Positions 53,854-64,000 of a DNA stretch of 64,000 nt are shown here, in pieces. A program made the position numbers and the translations under genes. The notes under the pieces are model-generated. The model searched no databases and was not told where the DNA came from. It saw only the letters and a list, made by a program, of their open reading frames with translations. This DNA is from Mobula birostris (lineage: Eukaryota). The stretch is from positions 91,499,006 through 91,563,005 of the forward strand of contig NC_092379.1 of NCBI RefSeq assembly GCF_030028105.1, written 5' to 3'. How positions within the stretch are numbered: position 1 is the stretch's first letter; each line of letters opens with the position of its first letter.

Positions 53854-54539
53854 AAGTTCATAAAAAGATAGATAAAATAGTGAATTTGAAACTTGACTAA
53901 ACTTTACCACCTAAATGGACAGCTTGTCATATGAGGAAAGACTGAATAAATTAGATATGTATTTGTGGGAGATGAGAAGAGTGAGGGGCAAGTTAATTGA
54001 AACATGTATGATCTTAATGGGTTTTGAGAAGTTGGATCATATTTAGGAAATCCGGAAGCAGGAGTCTCACTTAAAAATTTTGGGTCACCCCCATTTAAAA
54101 CAGAGATTAGGTGAACTTTTTTTCTCTCAAAAGGTTGGAAGTCTTTGAAAGTCTTCCTTAAAGAACAGGAGAAGCACAATCTTTGAATATTTTAAGAGAT
54201 GGATAAATTCTTTAGAAGCAATAGTATGAAAGGTTATGGTACGTGGGGAGAAGTAAAGAGTAGTAAATGCAATCAGATCAGCCGTGATCTTATTGAGACA
54301 GTGGAAAAGGCTTGAAGGACTGAATGACTCACTCCTTTAACTAATTCATACAACTTTGTCTAGTTCTATTTTCTCATTAAATCACAGCCAAAGATCTAGA
54401 ACTTAGATTACAGATTGCAGCCTCTATCCTTGTCTCAAAAGTTCATCACAATCAAACTCAATGATCTTGAGTACAAGTATGGTACGGTATTTATAATGTA
54501 CTTAAAATGAGAAACCAAAGTCTTTTAAACATCCAATAT

Positions 54540-54890
54540 TCAAAGTGAAAAAAAAATTATCAAAGTCTGTATATGTTAACATATATTACCTTGAGATTCA
54601 TTTACAGGAAAATAAAGAAAAACAATAGAAGTTACAAAAAACTATACATAGACAAAGACCGACAAACAACAATGAGAAAAAGACAAATTGTGCCCAAAAT
54701 AAGTATTGAGAACATGCGTTGTCAAGCCTTGAAAGTGAGTTTGTAGGTTGTGGAATCAGTTCAGACTTGTGTGAGTGAAGTGATCCATGTAGGTTCGGGA
54801 ACGTGATGACTGTAGGGTAATAAACGTTCCCAAACCTGGTGGTGCAGCTCCTCAGGCTCCTGAACCTCCTGCCCAGTGGTAAGTAGTGAG
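54540..54890 (-). mobile_element. Rex1-like LINE 3' end
   Basis: LPLGRRFRSLRSCTTRFGNVYYPTVI plus 3'UTR. Confidence 0.7.
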
Positions 54891-55694
54891 AAAATATTAT
54901 ATGTTTATCATTGCTCTTCATAGGAAGAATTTATTTTTACAGAAAATCTTTCTTGCACAATAAATGGAATTTTATCTTCCATAAGTTTCAACCCTCACCC
55001 GCCCCCCCCCCCCCCAATTTAGGTGCTCCAGAAATAACTATCAAATAGTCGAGAACAACTCTTATGTAGCTCTGACTTCCACTCCCGCAGTGAAGCCCCT
55101 GGTGATGTACTTTCCAACTTCTACCATTTTTAGTAAAAACGTGCACATTTAATGTAAAGCATAAACACTTAATTTCTATCAGTGCCAGTTTCTGATTCCT
55201 GGAAACATAAAGACTGTAACCTGGTATATGCTGAATCCTTCATTCCACCCTCAATGTATGACATTAATTTTATATGAACATTAATTAGTTAGGTAGTGTT
55301 ACAATCTTTATGACACACTTTTGCTGATAAATGAAACCATATTCACTAACCCTCTGCATCTTTAATGCTTTCAGCAAACCCTCAAGAGAAGGCAGTAAAT
55401 GCAATGATTTTTGCCGAACTCCTTGAGTTTGCTCATGTAGATCGGATACTGAGTTGATCATTTATTACTTAATTCAGTCATGTTGTTATGGAGGAGAACA
55501 TGTATACATCTTCCAAAAGGAAAATAATATCAGCAGTTTCCAAGGTTGATTTAAAATGGCATAGGCAGATACAATCTGTAAACTTTTTTTCTGGGGAATG
55601 TAACAGAGGGAAAATACATTTGAGTTCACTAAGGACCAAATGTGCAATACAATCCCTAACATTTATGCTGCATTGTTTAAAATTTAAATCTCAC

Positions 55695-55893
55695 CCAAAG
55701 TTTTCCAGAGTTCTGTTTGGAATGCATTTTCACTCAGAACAATCATGTCTCCATGCCTCTTCCACGCTTGAGGTAGGTCACGTAGCAGTTCTTCACTCCA
55801 AAGGACCCCATGTTGCTTCAATAATGCATCGAGCTCTTCTTGCAGCCGTTGGTGGCAAGATTTTACCAATGATTTTTTGGATGCTATTGGGTT
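55695..55893 (-). CDS. TRMT12: TRMT12 coding exon 3 (NPIASKK...WSEELLRDLPQAWKRHGDMIVL...WKTL)
   Basis: tttcag| acceptor and |gtgaga donor; 199 nt; DLPxxWxRHGD motif. Confidence 0.93.
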
Positions 55894-56604
55894 CTGAAAT
55901 GTATATTCGTAAAACAGACATGCATCAAAATTAATTATAGAAGACAAACAAGATATAATTATCATGGGTGAATGGCAGGGAAAGAAGTAGATACTGAAAA
56001 AGATGAGTTATCCAATGCAGTGTGCTGATTTGCTGTTCAGTTTGTGCTAGAACTAGTGGCCAAACTTCATTTTGCTTTCTGTTAACTCCATGATGCCCTT
56101 TAAATAAACGGTACTTGTTCCACAAGACATTATTTCTTCTTTCTGCTTTGGAAGGCAATAACTATTATCAGGTTACCGCTCCAGAGGCTTAGGCAACATT
56201 CCAATTTCTCATCCACTTCTCTTCTCTGAATCCTGGCAATCACTTCCAATGAGCCATTCAACAACTCAGTCAATTACATTACTTATGTCTGAAACTGATC
56301 ATTTTTTCATTTATTCACACACCCAATTGTTTCATTGTTTCCTACTGGGGTGTTTGACGTAGCAACCCATCAGCAAAGAGAATAATTTCAGGACTTCACC
56401 TTCTATTTCAGCTGAGGTCGGACAGAGGAGGAAAGATCCTGTTTAAACTGGCCTGTGAACAACATACGTTCATTATGGAGCTGAGAGCAGCTACTGCAAG
56501 TAGATAAAAAGCCATGCTGAGTTCAGTGGCATCCCAACACAATCTATGTGAGCAAGAGGTTCAAGTTTGGATCTTAACAGTGCAGAAGTTAGTGCCACCA
56601 TTGC

Positions 56605-56760
56605 ATTGCTCCAGCACTCTGGGTTCAATCCTGACCCAAGGTTGTTTATGTGGAGTCTGCACATTTTTCATGTGACCATGTAGTTCCCTCCAGATGTTCT
56701 GGTTTCGTTCCACATCCCAGACATGTGCTGGTAAGCGGACTGACTACTGCTGATTTGTAA
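56605..56760 (+). mobile_element. V-SINE, degenerate
   Basis: B-box GGTTCAATCC followed by a V-domain-like tract. Confidence 0.65.
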
Positions 56761-57142
56761 ATTACCAACATAATGTAAGGGTTGGGGTTGGGGTGGAGGA
56801 ATAATTGTTACTGAGCTTATCAGGGAGAATAGGTTACAGGAAAACAAGCATGGAAATGGGACTGCTAGAAATGTTCAGAGAGCTGGGCTATCTGTGTCAG
56901 CAGAAAATGTGAGAATGTAAAATAAAAAGAAATACTTTCCAAAGCTGAAACTCAGTAAAAGGTGGGTTACTTTTCATTCTGAATAGATCACATTAATGCT
57001 GCTGAATGGATAATTGTAACAGTGAGCAACATGTTTCAAACCACCTGCTTGCAATCACTTTCTGATGATCAGATATTCTAATATTGTGTGAAAGGTCAAA
57101 TGCTTGTACCGACGTGTGTTCAGTCAAGAAAAGAAATCCTAC

Positions 57143-57311
57143 CTTCATCACGGTAAAAGTGCATGTACTTCCTGGAGCTACAGTCTCACTCAGGTTAAGA
57201 TGGTGAAGAGGGCTGAGCTTATTGCAAATCACAGGCAATGCAACCGAACCATCAGGTTGCTTCTGGAGACGACAGGCTGTGTCCAGGAAGCCATTCTTCT
57301 CCAAATACTCC
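57143..57311 (-). CDS. TRMT12: TRMT12 coding exon 2 (EYLEKNGFLDTACRLQKQPDGSVALPV...TVMK)
   Basis: tatag| acceptor and |gtagga donor; 169 nt (1+168); PDGSVALPV motif of TRMT12. Confidence 0.92.
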
Positions 57312-58391
57312 CTATACGAGGAAACAGAACAAGATCAAATCACTTTCTCATCAGGAATGAAGGAAGGTTGCTGAAAATGAATTGCTAATTTAACAGTATT
57401 ACTATGCAATATATAAAGTGGTTTGTTTAAAAAATGACTTCTATTATCTAAAAATAAAATCCAGTGTATGTTGATGACAAACATGGTGCAAGAGTGCTGG
57501 AAGATCGCTGAAGTGGTATTCTTGTTTAAAAATGTAGAAAAGTATAGAATGAACAACTTTTGACCAGTTATTTTGACATAGGCAGACATTAAATTGTTAT
57601 CAGAAATTGAGGGAGAGGTTATTTATTAGCATTTAACAAAGAACAAGTTAATTAAAGAGAACATGGACTTATTAAGGGAAGATCATGTTCCACTACTCTG
57701 ATTTTTAGGAGATAAAAGGAGTGTTAATAAGGATGAACATCTGATGTGTCAACATGGTTTTATCTTGGTGTTTGACAAAGACACAAAAATACACTGTTCA
57801 AGAAAGTAATACTCACAAGATTTAAGAGAAAGTAGAATGTTGGACTCCTGGGCACAGGGTAATAGTTAATGGTTAATTTGTTGACTGGAGTGGTCTTGTC
57901 AGTACTGAAACTTGTTTTTCATATCAATCATTTAGACTTCATTATAAGGGAACCTAATTAAGTAGTTTGCCAACAATACCAAAATGGTGGTGTAGTCATT
58001 AGTGAAGAAGAAAATTGTAAGTTACATGAAGATTTCAATGGACCGGTTAGATAGATGAAGAAATAGCAAATTAAATTCAATCCAGTGTGATTACGTATTT
58101 GGTAAAGACTGATAAGGCAAGAGAACACACAATAAATAGCACAGTCCTGTGTTGTACGGAGGAATAGAGGAATCCTGATGTTAATACCCACTAGTCTCTG
58201 AAGGCAACTGGACATACATTGGTTAAATATGCCTTCCGTATACTTGCCTTTATTAAGCAAGGGATAGAATACTGGAGGAGAAAAGTGATCAAGTAATTGG
58301 TGAAGCATTTGTTAGGCCACAGGCTGAGAGAGATCAGCTGGTTGAATGTGGGCTTCGGGAAGGGGGAGTCGAGGGAACACACACCAGTCCT

Positions 58392-59914
58392 CATAGAAAC
58401 ATAGAAAACCTACAGCACAATACAGGCCCTTTGGTCCAGGATGCTGTGCCGAACATGTACTTATTTTAGAAATTACCTAGGGTTACCCATAGCCCTTTAT
58501 TTTTCTAAGCTCCATGTACCTCTTCAGGAATCTCTTAAAAGTCCTGATCGTATCTGCCTTCACCACCGTCACCGGCAGCGCATTCCACGCACTCACCATT
58601 CTCTGTGTAAAAAAACTTACCCCTGATACCTCCTCTGTACCTACTTCTAAGCACCTTAAAACTGTACCCTCTCGTGTTAGCCATTTCAGCCCTGGGAAAA
58701 AGCCTCTGACTATCCACACAATCAATGCCTCTCATCATCTTATACACCTCTACCAGGTCACCTCTCATCCTCCGTCATCCAAGGAGAAAATGCCAAGTTC
58801 ACTCAACCTAGTTTCATAGGGAATGCTCCCCAATCCAGGCAACATCCTTGTAAATCTCCTCTGCACCCATTCTATGGTTTCCACAACCTTCCTGTAGTTA
58901 GGTATCCAGATCTGAGCACAGTAATCCAAGTGGGGTCTGACCAGGGTCCTATAAAGCCGTAATATTACTTCTCCGCTCTTGAACTCAATCCTGCTGTTGA
59001 TGAAGGCCAATGCATGGTATGCCTTCTTAACCACACAGTCAACCTGCTCAGCAGCTTTGAGTGTCCTATGGACTCGGACCCCAAGACCCCTCCGATCGTC
59101 CACACTGCCAGGAGTCTTACCATTAATACTATATTCTGCCATCATTTTTGACCTACCAAAATGAACCACGTTACACTTATCTGGGTTGAACTCCATCTGC
59201 CACTTCTCAGCCCAGTTTTGCATCCTATCAATGTCCCACTGTAACCTCTGACAGCCCTCCACACTATCCACAACACCCCCAACCTTTGTGTCATCAGCAA
59301 ACTTATTAACCCATCCCTCCACTTACTCACCAGGTTATTTATAAAAATCACGAAGAGAAGGGGTCCCAGAACAGATCCCTGAGGCATTCCACAGGTCACC
59401 GGCCTCCATGCAGAATATGACCAGTCTACAACCACTCTTTGCCTTCTGTGGGCAAGCCAGTTCTGCATCCACAAAGCAATGTCCCCTTGGATCCCATGCC
59501 TCCCTACTTTCTCAATAAGCCTTGCATGGGGTACCTTATCAAATGCCTTGCTGAAATCCATATACACTACATCTACTGTTCTACCTTCATCAATGTGTTT
59601 AATCACATCGTCAAATAATTCAATCAGGCTCATAAGGCACGACCTGCCCTTGACAAAGCTATGCTGACTATTCCTAATCATATTATGCCTCTCCAAATGT
59701 TAATAAATCCTGCCTCTCAGGATCTTCTCCATCAACCTACCAACCACTGAAGTAAGACTCACTGGCCTATAATTTCCTGGGCTATCCCTACTCCCTTTCT
59801 TGAATGAGGGAACAACATCTGCAACTCTCCAATCCTCCGGAACCTCTCCCGTCCCCACTGGTGACGCAAAGATCATCGCTAGAGGCTCAGCAATCTCCTC
59901 CCTCGCCTCCCACA
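58392..59914 (-). mobile_element. CR1 LINE RT region plus 3' end, young, frameshifted
   Basis: PGNYRPVSLTSVVG, MDFSKAFDKVPH, PQGSVLGP, KFADDTK and the C-terminus. Confidence 0.95.
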
Positions 59915-60485
59915 AGGCCAGCAGTGGAATGGGTGAATGGTTTCAACTTCCTGGGTGTCAATATCTATCCTGGGCCCAGCGTGTTGATGGAATTACAAAG
60001 AAAGAACGCCAGCTGCTATAATTCATGAGGAGTTTGAGCAGATATGATACAACAGCAAATATTGTAGCAGCATTCTAACTGGTTGCATCACCGGCAGGTG
60101 TGGAGACACTAATGCACATGGTCAGAAAATGCTTCAGAAAGTTGTAAGCTCAGCAATTTCCATGATGGGCACTAGCCTCTCCAATATCAAGGAAATCTTC
60201 AAAGACAATGCAGTATCCACGATTAAGGGCACCCGTCATCCAGGACATCTAGTCTTCTCATTGCTACCATCAGGGAGGAAGGACAGGAGCCTGAAGACAC
60301 AATGTTTCAGGAACGGCTTCTTCTTTTCCACCATCAGATTTCTGAACCATGAACACAGCCTCACTATTTTGCTCTGTTTGCTTATGTATTTTTAATATAT
60401 TTATTACTGTAACTTGTATCTATCGCACTGTATGGCTGCTTTAAAACAACAAATTTCACAATAAATACGATTTTGATTCTGACTT
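59915..60485 (+). mobile_element. Rex1-like LINE 3' fragment
   Basis: LQKVVSSAISMMGTSL...HPGHLVFSLLPSGRKDRSLK; gattctga tail. Confidence 0.75.
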
Positions 60486-60995
60486 TTCTAGTCTTGTCCC
60501 ACATTGTAGGAAGGATGTAGAGGGAATACAGACAGTATTACCAGGGCTGTTAGGAAGAGGCAAGGCTGGATTTGTTTTCTTTGGAACAAGGAGATTGAAG
60601 GAACATTTAACTGAAGTATCTGAAACAAAATGAAGTCCAGACAAAGGAAGCAGAAAGGACCCATTTACTTTTGCAACAGATTAGTAACTATACTGCAGCT
60701 TTAGGTGAGTTGTTGAAGGATTAGTAGTGAGTTGAAAAGAAAATTGTCCCACTTAACATTTGGAAAATTGGGTTTGGAACTTTTTGACTGAAAAGATGGA
60801 GACAAAAATCCACACCATGAACAAAAAGAACTAAATGAGAATTCGAAGACCCAGAGCCTGCATGGCTATCGACCAAAGCAGGGAAATGTGATAAGACGTC
60901 CATCTTTTGCTGGCATAAATAGTCTCCTAAACCCCCAAAATTCCATGAAATCTAATACTCAATATAAATAATCTGAACTTTACACTTGTTACATC

Positions 60996-61400
60996 GATTC
61001 AAGAATGCTTCATGTCATTTCCAGTACACATGTGTAAAGGAGAACCAAATACTTGTTCCTCTGGCTCTGATGCAGCACAAAACAACAGTATGATAAAGAA
61101 CACAATAATCATAAAAAAACACAATAAATATAAATACATAAGGTAGCTTACACACATGGATTGATTGTATATCCATAAAGTGATACGAGGCACAGGAGTG
61201 CCTGACAGGAAATAGTAAAGTAACGGTGGAGGGGTGGGTTAGTGGATAGAAAATAACTGCTTTGGAGTCTGGTTGTCCTGGCGTAGACGCTACGCAGTCT
61301 CCTCTCCCTGATGGGTGTGGGACATATGGTCCATGAGCAGGGTGGGTGGCATCCTTCATGATGTTACTGGCCCTTTTCCGGCACCTTTCTGTATATATGC
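60996..61400 (-). mobile_element. Rex1-like LINE 3' end
   Basis: MKDATHPAHG.YVP.PSGR; 3'UTR also seen at 32610-32765. Confidence 0.75.
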
Positions 61401-61795
61401 CCTCATCTATTAAATCAGAACCATCTACTCACCAGTGATAGCCAAGATATAGGAGTAGGATTATTTTTCATTAATGTTACAGACACAAGTTTTTCTACCC
61501 TTTAGACATTAGTTTAATGAGGTTCCTCTACAGCTATTTTTATTAGGGGTACATTTTTCCGGCCTATGCTGACGAGAATGAATTTGGGTGCCACATGCCG
61601 ATGTTGGTGGGAGCAGTAGAGAGCTGGTAGGATGATATTTTGTTGAAACAGTAGAGCTGGTTTTCAGTCTTTGGTGCTTTGTTCCTGTTACTTTAGAGCA
61701 GCAGAGTGTCTCATTAGCTCTTTTGAAGAAGCACACTCAAACCAGCAGCAGAGTGTCTTACTAGCTGTTTTGGAAAAGCAATTATTTTAATAATA

Positions 61796-61949
61796 CAGGT
61801 CAACCTTCACTAATCCGACTACCTGTAATCCAGTTCCTTCGATAATCTGGCACTGATTATGCTTAATGTGATCCTTCTGTAATTCGGCATTTTCACTAAT
61901 CCGGCACTCCTCCGGTCCCAATGGTGCTGGATTAGTGAAGGCCGACCTG
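61796..61949. mobile_element. 154-bp Tc1/mariner-type MITE
   Basis: TA|CAGGTCAACCTTCACTAATCC ... GGATTAGTGAAGGCCGACCTG|TA. Confidence 0.88.
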
Positions 61950-62166
61950 TACCTAACATTGGACATTGTAAAAAGGCATTTTCAAGGAAAGTATTGAAAA
62001 AAATAATAACCCAAAGAAATTTTGTGAGGTATAAAATATTATGCATTATTGAGAAATTCTGTTTGAATTAGCTGTGGAAAATTACAAGTAACAACATCTA
62101 AGCAAAACGTTTCTCCTTCCTCTTAATATAACATTACCACACAAATAAATCTGTGCCATGTTTCAC

Positions 62167-62222
62167 CTGTATTGTTGTGCAAACTGGGCCTGAGTCACAA
62201 TTGCAATTCTTTCAGCCTGCAT
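62167..62222 (-). CDS. TRMT12: TRMT12/TYW2 first coding exon (MQAERIAIVTQAQFAQQY-R); the exon with its 5'UTR spans 62167-62252
   Basis: ATG at 62222, acceptor tttttcag before 62252, donor AG|gtgaaa at 62166. Phase 2 joins the next exon to give ...QQYREYLEK, resembling the vertebrate TRMT12 N-terminus. Confidence 0.85.
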
Positions 62223-62486
62223 TGTCTTCCATAACCGCCAATCTTGTATTAACTGAAAAAATATTCAACACTAGATCAGTTAATTATCTTTATTTTTTTC
62301 TTTCAAAAATATATTTTATTCATTAAATCTGCAATATGTAGTATATTATACATTAAAGCTGTTTTCCATTCACCGTATGGTACATTTACTTACAAGATTC
62401 ACGTTATGCTGGTAAGACATTTCTTTCTTCCACATACATTCCACCAGTAAAAAAAATCAGGGTTTTAGACACATAATGAATGAGTA

Positions 62487-62873
62487 ATCGGTGGGGCACG
62501 TCAGCCTTGGACACTAAGTGAAGGAAAACTCGGATTTTAAACCACCGCTGTCTTGCGGCCATACTCATCCATGGGGAAGGCTTCGGGAGAAAACCCCGAG
62601 GAAGAAATACGGAGCCGGGGTCCCTAAGGCAGTTTGATACTGTTTACAACTTCACTCTGGCAACCTCTGCGACAACACTGGTGCCAAGCTGTATTGGCGC
62701 TTGCTCTTCCCTTGGACTGCATTAGTGATATGGAGAGGGGGAACCTGCTGCATGAGCAACAGCTGTTCTTCAAATCTTCCCGCCCTGGAGAGGACACAGT
62801 CCACCAGAGATCCTGGGATCGACAGCTGTCTACTACTAATGGCGGGATGTGCTTAAGCACCATAATGTCCTGA
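62487..62873 (+). mobile_element. Probable non-autonomous RTE-like element sharing its body with the tRNA-SINE family
   Basis: GAAGGAAAACTCGGATTTTAAACC resembles an RTE 5'UTR motif; 62665-62785 aligns with SINE body 6825-6950. Confidence 0.5.
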
Positions 62874-63408
62874 ACAGAGCTTCATCAGACTTCAGCGTAT
62901 TCTTTCGCATGTAATCCTGGATCACAATAGCTTACTTTGGTGTATCGAATTTGCTAGTTTGCAATAGTTTATTGCAAAGACCAACCACGCTTTGGGCACA
63001 CAAGGTGGTACCCTTCAATGAACTGCTAATTTCCCAGCAGCTCTCGATGATCGTCTGGGAACAGCCTATGCGGAATGTGGAGCAGTTAATTGTGGCTGAT
63101 TGGACTGAACCACAACAAAGATAATTTCATCTCCTTCCGCAACACTTTCACTAACGTATAATTCAGAACGAGATTACCCTTCAAGTGAATGCGAATAATT
63201 ACATGTAAAACGGATAGCTCTCATGACAATCTTATTCTGTTTTGACAGGATGGTACTCAGCTTTTAAATATAAAACAAATATCATAATTATTATTATTTT
63301 AAAAGCAGCCTCAATATCAGAAAAAAAACAAACTCCAAGCTATTCTCAGCTTTACGACACAAGGTCCATATTCATTTCTGTGCTCTTTGTATACCTTCAA
63401 ACAATTAC

Positions 63409-63540
63409 TTTTTAAAACTAAAACTGCAATCGATCTTAATCGGTGAACACGAGAAAGTCTGCAGAGGCTGGAAATCCAAAGAAACACTCACAAAATGCTG
63501 GAGAAACTCGATAGACTCGGGTTCTGCTCGGAATCCTGGA
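63409..63540 (-). other. TRMT12: Candidate non-coding first exon of TRMT12 (boundaries uncertain)
   Basis: The ATG exon begins with a splice acceptor, so an upstream exon is likely. Donor candidates are |gtaatt at 63408 or AAG|gtatac at 63394. Confidence 0.35.
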
Positions 63541-63612
63541 TTGTGGGACGACCGGAGAGGTGAAAGTGTTGGCTTCCGTTTCGTAGCGGAAGCGGCGCGG
63601 AGAGCGGTAGCC
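63500..63612. promoter_or_regulatory. Bidirectional CpG-rich promoter shared by TRMT12 and CSTF2
   Basis: CpG-rich; inverted ETS/GABP-type sites GCTTCCG (63572-63578) and CGGAAGC (63587-63593); lies between divergent genes. Confidence 0.7.
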
Positions 63613-63667
63613 ATGGCGAACCTAGTGCGGGACCCGGCCATTGACCGGTCCTTGCGCTCTGTGTTTG
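63613..63667 (+). CDS. CSTF2: CSTF2 (CstF-64) first coding exon MANLVRDPAIDRSLRSVF-(V); gene continues beyond the window
   Basis: gccATGG Kozak context; peptide matches the CstF-64 N-terminus (VRDPAVDRSLRSVFVGN) preceding the RRM; phase-1 donor G|gtaagg at 63668. Confidence 0.92.
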
Positions 63668-64000
63668 GTAAGGGCTCGGGCCGATTGGCGGAGCTGTTAA
63701 TGGGAAGGTTCACTCAGACGTGGCTCGCTGGGAGCTGCGATGTTAGGGCAACATTAGGGCAGTCAGAGCATCGCATGTTTTACCGGGGCTGCGGACTGAT
63801 GGAGGAACCATTGAAAACCGTGTGCAGAATGGAGGTGGTATCGGGCAGGGTACAGCAGAGGGGGAGCGTGGCGCGGCGAGAGATTTTAAAAAAATGCAAA
63901 ATAGTTGCCCCCTTGTGCCGGCAGAGGTTGTATTGAGACATAGGAGACTGCATTCAGTCCCGATGCAGGGCCTCGACCTGAAACGTCGACAATTCCTTTC

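Noticed and set aside
63405-63713. 102-aa minus ORF as a TRMT12 N-terminal coding exon
   Set aside because: It overlaps CSTF2 exon 1 in antisense; the nearest donor gives phase 2 whereas phase 0 is needed; no homology recognised.
63541-63936. 131-aa ORF as a whole protein
   Set aside because: Only 63613-63667 matches CSTF2; the rest is 5'UTR and intron beyond a consensus donor.
1-64000. CRISPR arrays, operons, rRNA genes
   Set aside because: None seen; the sequence is eukaryotic and intron-rich, and most remaining short ORFs are transposon debris or chance.

Overview
Vertebrate nuclear DNA, not prokaryotic. The repeat content (CR1, Rex1-like and L1 LINEs, V-SINEs, Penelope-like elements, Tc1) suggests a cartilaginous fish, probably a ray or skate (inference). 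The window holds a complete, hand-spliced, multi-exon TRMT12/TYW2 gene on the minus strand (7 coding exons, 62222->33125, 464 aa, all introns GT-AG with matching phases). It lies head-to-head with the first coding exon of CSTF2 (63613-63667, +) across a short bidirectional promoter. A probable promoter and non-coding first exon of a further minus-strand gene lies at about 27.0-27.3 kb (SYTL4 expected from synteny only). The rest is mostly decayed transposons. Most notable: (i) a five-layer nested insertion in a TRMT12 intron, including a Gmr1-type Gypsy LTR with an inverted internal copy of its own family and a Tc1 one stop codon from an open reading frame; (ii) minimal hammerhead-ribozyme motifs at Penelope-like element ends; (iii) a Sleeping-Beauty-like Tc1 end; (iv) a strong-context uORF overlapping the TRMT12 start codon. 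I found no convincing wholly new protein-coding system. Family names come from recall and were not database-checked.
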